From Eledone cirrhosa (lineage: Eukaryota), in assembly GCA_964016885.1 (NCBI GenBank), contig OZ024745.1, positions 28,334,001 to 28,398,000 on the forward strand: DNA of 64,000 bases. The letters are read 5' to 3'. The notes beneath the pieces were generated by a model. It was not told where the DNA came from, did not search any database, and saw nothing but the letters and a program-made list of their open reading frames with translations. The translations under genes and the position numbers were made by a program. Below, in pieces: positions 57,996 to 64,000 of this stretch; position 1 is the first letter of the stretch; each line of letters opens with the position of its first letter.

Positions 57996-59490
57996 CACCG
58001 TGTAACAAAAGAAATTTTTTTCTCCGTTCCTGGCTTGTAATCATTTTTTTTGTGTTGCTTAGGTCCCAAATAAATAAAAAAAAAAGTGCTATTAAACAGT
58101 TAAAAGTTTAGGTTTGTAAAAATTCTAAGCTATTCACTAGAATTATTTGTATGCTGGATTTTACGTTGTATGTAAGTTTAATTTGCTTATGTTAAATGAT
58201 TTTTTATAGAACCTTTCTCAGGCTTTTACACTCTTAGGGATTGCCTCTGCTTCTGCCATGACGTGCCTGGACTGTTTGACGTTATTGGGGTGCCGTTTGT
58301 GCCCAAGGAGTGGCGGCTATTTATAGACAGCTCCACCACACGTTTGAAGGTTGTCCTCCACAATGGAAACAAGTTCCCGACACTGCCCCTAGCTCATTCA
58401 GTCTGCCTGAAGGAAGATTACTACAGTGTGAAAGTCCTCTTGGAAGCTCTGCAATACAACCAGTACAATTGGGAAATCATTTGAGACTTAAAGATGGTGG
58501 CTTTCCTGCTTGGACTCCAATGCTTTATCAAATTCCAATGCTTTCTCTGCCTTTGGGACAGCAGAGCCACCTCTGACCACTACAAAAGAAAGAACTGGGA
58601 GCAGCGAACAGAATTTGTAGTTGGGACCCGGAGCGTCATGTGGGAGCCACTGGTTGATCCCAGGATTGTGCTCATGCCGCCACTGCACATTAAGCTGGGG
58701 TTGATGAAGCAGTTTGTGAAGGCTCTCAACCAAGAATCAGCCGCTTTTAAGTACCTTCTTGAGTTCTTCCCCAAGTTATCTGAGGCCAAAATCAAAGGTG
58801 GAATTTTTGATAAAGAAGGTGCTTGAGTCTACTGAGTTCTCCAATAAGCTCAATAGGATTGAGAGAACAGCATGGAACTGTTTCAAGGCAGTTGTTAAGG
58901 GCTTCCTGGGCAGCTAGAGCTGAAAACTACCAGCAACTGGTGCAGGATCTGATAAAGGCTTTTGGCGCCATGGGATGCAGGATGTCGCTTAAACTCCATA
59001 TGCTGGACGCTCACCTGGAAAAATTCAAGGACAATATGGGCGCCTACTCAGAAGAACAAGGCAAACGATTCCACCAAGATGTGAGAGAGATAGAGCGGAG
59101 GTACCAGGGCCACTACAATGGAAAAATGATGGGGGACTATATCTGGAGGCTAGTGCGGGAATGCGACCTGGACTACAACCGCAAATCCAGGAAATCCAGT
59201 CATCTCTGACGTGTATAAGTTGCTTTATAAGTGTTATTTGTTTTTACTTGTTTGCTTTTGATAAGCTTGTGTAATAAAATAAATATATACTCTGTTGATT
59301 TAATTATATGAACTGATAAATTTAAAAGAAAATGTGTTTTTTCTTGAAAAATATGAAAATTTTGAAATATCAAATTTCTGACCACAAACCCAAACTTCTG
59401 ATTAAATAAAAGTGTTTCTTATAATAATGGGATATAATAAACCAGGAAATGACACTTAGAACCGGGGAACAAAAAATATGTTACACGGTG
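57996..59490 (+). mobile_element. Chapaev3-type (CMC) DNA transposon, internally deleted
   Basis: 12-bp TIR caccgtgtaaca / tgttacacggtg; TTA TSD at 57993-57995 and 59491-59493. Confidence 0.85.
58245..59209 (+). pseudogene. Chapaev3-like transposase remnant
   Basis: WRLFIDSS, LHNGN, CFLCLWDSR, PPLHIKLGLMKQFVKAL, SEEQGKRFHQD..ERRYQG; stop at about 58482 and frameshifts. Confidence 0.85.
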
Positions 59491-59708
59491 TTATCAGTCA
59501 AATAAGATAGTCAGTTCTTTCTCTATATCATTTTCTCACGTCAATTTCCGACATGGAGAGTAAAACACACATATACAGACACACACATACAAACACAAAC
59601 ATACACACACATAGAAGTATACTGCCGTAGACACAGGCATACACAAATATAGAGAAAAGTGAGAGAGTAGAAATTGGAGAGATGGAAGATATTAATTCTT
59701 GTTACACA

Positions 59709-59741
<33 letters not shown>

Positions 59742-59743
<2 letters not shown>

Positions 59744-59862
59744 GCGGTGTCCTTTTACATCATGGATCACAGGCCTCGCAGACCAGGACTGAACAAAGTC
59801 TGATTCACGGTCTTGGGTCCTATTCCCCTCTTGAACTCAACTCACCTCCCCAATTTCTCTAA
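59742..59862 (+). pseudogene. PLE GIY-YIG endonuclease C-terminal remnant
   Basis: GVLLHHGSQASQTRTEQSLIHGLGSYSPLELN, resembling the R..E..LI..LG...P.GLN end of PLE ORFs. Confidence 0.6.
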
Positions 59863-60331
59863 TACGCCGTCCATTATCACACCCCTAGATTCCTATCGCT
59901 TTCTCTTGATCATTAACATCTTCTCTTACAACTAATACAGACCGACTATATATGCTCACTCCACTTTTCCCTTCACTGCTCTGTATACACACATACATAA
60001 CCTTATATTAACATACTTTTGCTCATAGCTTCGTACTTACATGCACACACACTCTTTTACTCACACACATTTCTTCTTATCTTCGTACGGACGTATAATA
60101 ACACACACACATATGCTTACGCACGTGCACAAGTACAGCTCTTTTTACAAAATGGTTTTTTTCCATTTCAGTTAGACGCGCTCCATCATCCACTTTTCTA
60201 AAACATAAATCATAGACAAAACGCCAGCACCAACAGTTTTGCAAGAGATGTCAACATGTTATTTTTATCTAAAGACATTTTTTCCAATTCCAACCAACCC
60301 GTCCCCTCAATCTATCTTATTTCTCATTCTT

Positions 60332-60367
60332 TCTTCTGATGAAGGACTAGCGTCCGAAACGTTAAGA
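60332..60367 (+). ncRNA. Minimal type I hammerhead ribozyme (H11) after a degenerate PLE ORF end
   Basis: tctt-CTGATGA-a ggac tagc gtcc-GAAA-cg-TT-aaga; preceded by a FYLKTFFP-like GIY-YIG tail. Confidence 0.8.
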
Positions 60368-60465
60368 CCCTTTCCTGCTATATTAAACGTTAACCTAATA
60401 TACCCCTTCCATATACTGTACCGATTGTGTTGTTATTTCTGTTTACCTTTTACATACATATATAG

Positions 60466-60708
<243 letters not shown>

Positions 60709-60764
60709 GTTTAGACACTACCCTGCTCACAAGTGTCTTTTTTAAGCTTCATATCATATCTCCC

Positions 60765-60835
60765 TATTTTATCTGATGAGAACGCAAATATCGTCCCTGG
60801 ATGATATTTGTTTTTGAAATGCGCATAATAAAATA
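60765..60835 (+). ncRNA. Type I hammerhead ribozyme (H1)
   Basis: tattttat-CTGATGA-gaacgcaaatatcgtcc ct ggatgatatttgttttt-GAAA-tgcgca-TA-ataaaata. Confidence 0.85.
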
Positions 60836-60868
60836 CATGGAACCTTTCTAACCATCTTTTAATTTCTT

Positions 60869-60925
<57 letters not shown>

Positions 60926-60996
60926 TTCGTTTTTGTATTTGTTGAAAAACAAGATGGTGTAGGACAGAACAAAGGAGAGACAAAAATAACAAATTA

Positions 60997-61039
60997 GACG
61001 CTGAGGAGGTCACAGAATGTGTGACGAAAGAACTTTGAC
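60997..61039 (+). ncRNA. Hammerhead (H8), weakened stem I
   Basis: CTGAGGA-g gtcaca gaatg tgtgac-GAAA-gaac-TT-tgac. Confidence 0.6.
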
Positions 61040-62541
61040 AAGAAACAAATAAAGAAACATCCAGTTATTAAACTAACCAACTGGAAGTTTATAATAAATT
61101 GAAGTGAAAACCAACAGGTGTGTGTGTTTCATTGGCAGCATGACCCTCCCAAAGTATAAATCAGAAACCATTCTCATTATTACACTACTGGGAGGGCGGT
61201 GGTTTGGCAGTATCGGTAGAGAATCGGGCACCATGCTTTACAGCATGGATTCATGGCCCTTTACGTTCTGACTTCAAATCCCGCCGTGATTAGCTTTTCC
61301 TTTCATACTTACGGGGTCGATAAAATAAAGCACCAGTAATGTACTGGGGTCGATTTAATCGCCATCACCACTACAACCACAACCACCACCACTACGATTA
61401 CCACCATCAACGCCACCACCATCACCACTACAACCACCATCATCACCACCATCATCACCACCATCATCACCCCCATCATCACCACCACCATTACGATTAC
61501 CACCATCAACACCACCACCATCACCATCACCACTACAACCGTCATCATTACCACCATCATCACCACCACCATCAACACCACCACCACTACCATCACCACT
61601 ACAACCACCATCACTATCACCAGTACAACTACTACCATCCCAACAATCACCATCACCACTACTACCACCACTACTACACTCTCCACCATCACCAGCAGTA
61701 GCTACAACAATAAAACAACAACAACAACCACCACCAGACTATCCGCCGCTGCCGTCCCCCCTGAATTCCTCCTACTTACCCCCCTCATCCCAATCCAGCT
61801 ATTATATTATAAAAGAAAAGGACGGTTTAATATGTAAGAGCTGCTCGTACACTGAAGAACCCCTGCCAGAGGGCAGGCCAAATAACAAAGAAGCATCGTC
61901 ACGTTAGTGTAATAATGTCTAGAGCAGGGCGGCGGCGTGGGAAGAGGGAAAGGGTGGCGGCGGAGTGGGAGGAGGAAAGAGTGGCGGAGGCGTGGGAGGG
62001 GAGAAAGAGTGGTGGCGGCGTGGAGTGGCAAGGTGTGATGTGTCAAACGATGGTCAGGTCCTGTAGGTAATGTCGGATACGATGGGTGGGGTGGGGTGGG
62101 TGGGGTGGGGTGGGTGGGGAGGGGGAAGAAACTGTTGGTTTTTTTAATTTTTGTTACTTAATCAGGGAGAGAGGGGTGGACGAAACCCATGACCCTTTTC
62201 CGGGATCTCCAAGATGAGGTGATTATTTTAACGTGCAGTTGACCCCTGCTTATGCAGCTGAACTCTGCTTATGCAGTTGACCTTTGCTTATGCAGTAGAT
62301 TTTTGCTTATGCAGATGACCTCTGCTTATGCAGTTGACCTCTGCTTATATATATATATATATATTTATATAAGTGTGTATATGTGTGTATGTATATATAT
62401 ATAGAGAGAGATGTATATGTGTATATATATATATCTTTCATATATAAGTAGAAAGAAAGTGCTCGAGCCCAGAAATGCTATAAAGATAGCTTATAAAATA
62501 GGGTGAAGACCTTTAAAAGACGGAAAAAGATGTTGTCGACG

Positions 62542-62613
62542 GCCACTGTGGGGAATTGAACCCTATATCTTCCAGATACCGACTAGACGCTTTAACCTTT
62601 AAGCTAAGAAGCC
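62542..62613 (-). pseudogene. tRNA-derived sequence (Thr-like GGT loop), probably repeat-associated
   Basis: ggcttcttagcttaaaggttaaagcg tctag tcggtat ctgga ..gggttcaattccc..ggcc; imperfect acceptor stem. Confidence 0.5.
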
Positions 62614-62745
62614 AATGATATCTGAACATTGTTGTCCAGTTATCTAGTGAAAATGACGGGAAGAAATGTGTCATATATATATATATATACATATATTCTC
62701 AATGCTTCAAAGACCGAAAATTTGGCTTCGTGCATCGTTTATATA

Positions 62746-63771
62746 TCTACTTATATATATAACCAGCAATTTCTCTGTCTGTCTGTCCGACAGTGGAAAC
62801 ACGTGCGTAGAGAGAGGGTGAGAGTGAAAGAAAGAGACAGACTACGAGAGGGGGATAGCGGGAGGGAGAGAGGGAGAGAGAGAGTGAATAGACGCTAAAA
62901 CACGTGCTACAGAAACATTACCTTCCCCTCTCCACTGACTTTGGTCACTGAGGCCGAGGGAATCGCACTGAGCGCGTCATAATGACGTAATGCAGACAGC
63001 CAGACATACAGACAGATATTATAAGGGCGCAACGTTATATCTATGTATCTATCTAAAAAGAAAGACTAAGAATTATATAGAGAGAACGCTAAATCGCCTA
63101 ATGCGGTCCCTAGGGCATTGAAAATTTGAAATAATTTTTGCTCAAAACACTCACAGGACCATAAGTATTACATGTCTAAAGTTTGAAAACAATCGGTTGG
63201 ATGGTTCTCAAGTTTTAGTGAGCGGGCAGACAGACAGACATTCTCTGTTTTAGATATATAGACTAGCAGAAAACCGCCCCCCGGATGGTTTTCTGCTAGT
63301 CTACTTATATATATAACCAGCAATTTCTCTGTCTGTCTGTCCGACAGTGGAAACACGTGCGTAGAGAGAGAGTGGGAGTGAAAGAAAGAGACAGACTACG
63401 AGAGGGGGATAGCGGGAGGGAGAGAGGGAGAGAGAGTGAATAGACGCTAAAACACGTGCTACAGAAACATTACCTTCCCCTCTCCACTGACTTTGGTCAC
63501 TGAGGCCGAGGGAATCGCACTGAGCGCGTCATAATGACGTAATGCAGACAGCCAGACATACAGACAGATGGAAACATGTGCGTAGAGAGAGAGAGAGTGA
63601 GAGTGAAAGAAAGAGACAGACTACGAGAGGGGGATAGCGGGAGGGAGAGAGGGGGATAGCGGGAGGGAGAGAGGGAGAGAGAGAGAGAGTGAATAGACGC
63701 TAAAACACGTGCTATAGAAACATTACCTTCCCCTCTCCACTGACTTTGGTCACTGAGGCCGAGGGAATCGC
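62746..63771 (+). mobile_element. Tandem non-autonomous Helitron-like elements with (CTGT)n
   Basis: 5' TCtacttatatatataacc..ctgtctgtctgt at 62746 and 63300; hairpin + CTAG ending at 63299; internal duplication at 63570-63771. Confidence 0.7.
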
Positions 63772-64000
63772 TGGTTGCTATAGAGACACCTTGCACAAGC
63801 CAGAAGTAACCAGTTCGAGGCGGTTCTGACTTGACACCATACGAAGAAAGGTTGCCATTGAATTTGTGGTTGTTGCTGCTGATAATAAGGACCATTTGAA
63901 GAAGGTTGCTGCTGATGAGGTAATTTATTAATCAGATTGCACAGTTCCATAACCTACGTTTGATTTGTTCAATTTTTTTCTTCAATTTTTTTTTGTTGTT

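Noticed and set aside
63780-63955. Protein-like frames (Q-rich on minus; LDTIRRKVAIEF.. on plus before a GTAATT)
   Set aside because: The plus frame has an in-frame stop and no acceptor; the minus frame runs into the Helitron repeat; cannot be supported at the window edge.

Overview
Eukaryotic, AT-rich, microsatellite-saturated non-genic or intronic DNA. The SINE and LINE repertoire suggests an octopod cephalopod (inference). Nearly all ORFs in the track are microsatellite artefacts. The only long real ORF is an intact RTE-clade LINE (24185-27730; APE endonuclease + RT + three C-terminal C2H2 fingers), flanked by bipartite non-autonomous RTE derivatives with swapped 3' tails. Also present: degraded R4/Dong-like LINEs, a Chapaev3-type DNA transposon with TIRs and TTA TSD, hAT-like and Tc1-like MITEs, about 13 Meta-domain tRNA SINEs, Helitron-like termini, minisatellites and a possible two-exon host gene on the minus strand. 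The most striking signal is that the short unique islands between (TA)n tracts are mostly Penelope-like (PLE) micro-elements. About 20 carry recognisable type I hammerhead ribozyme folds (about 14 with a complete core) from at least a dozen unrelated families. Many are fold-back palindromes whose inversion points fall on ribozyme helices, some are retrozyme-sized tandem units, and many share a GAGT motif about 45-60 nt from the end. All folds were derived by eye and none has been tested.
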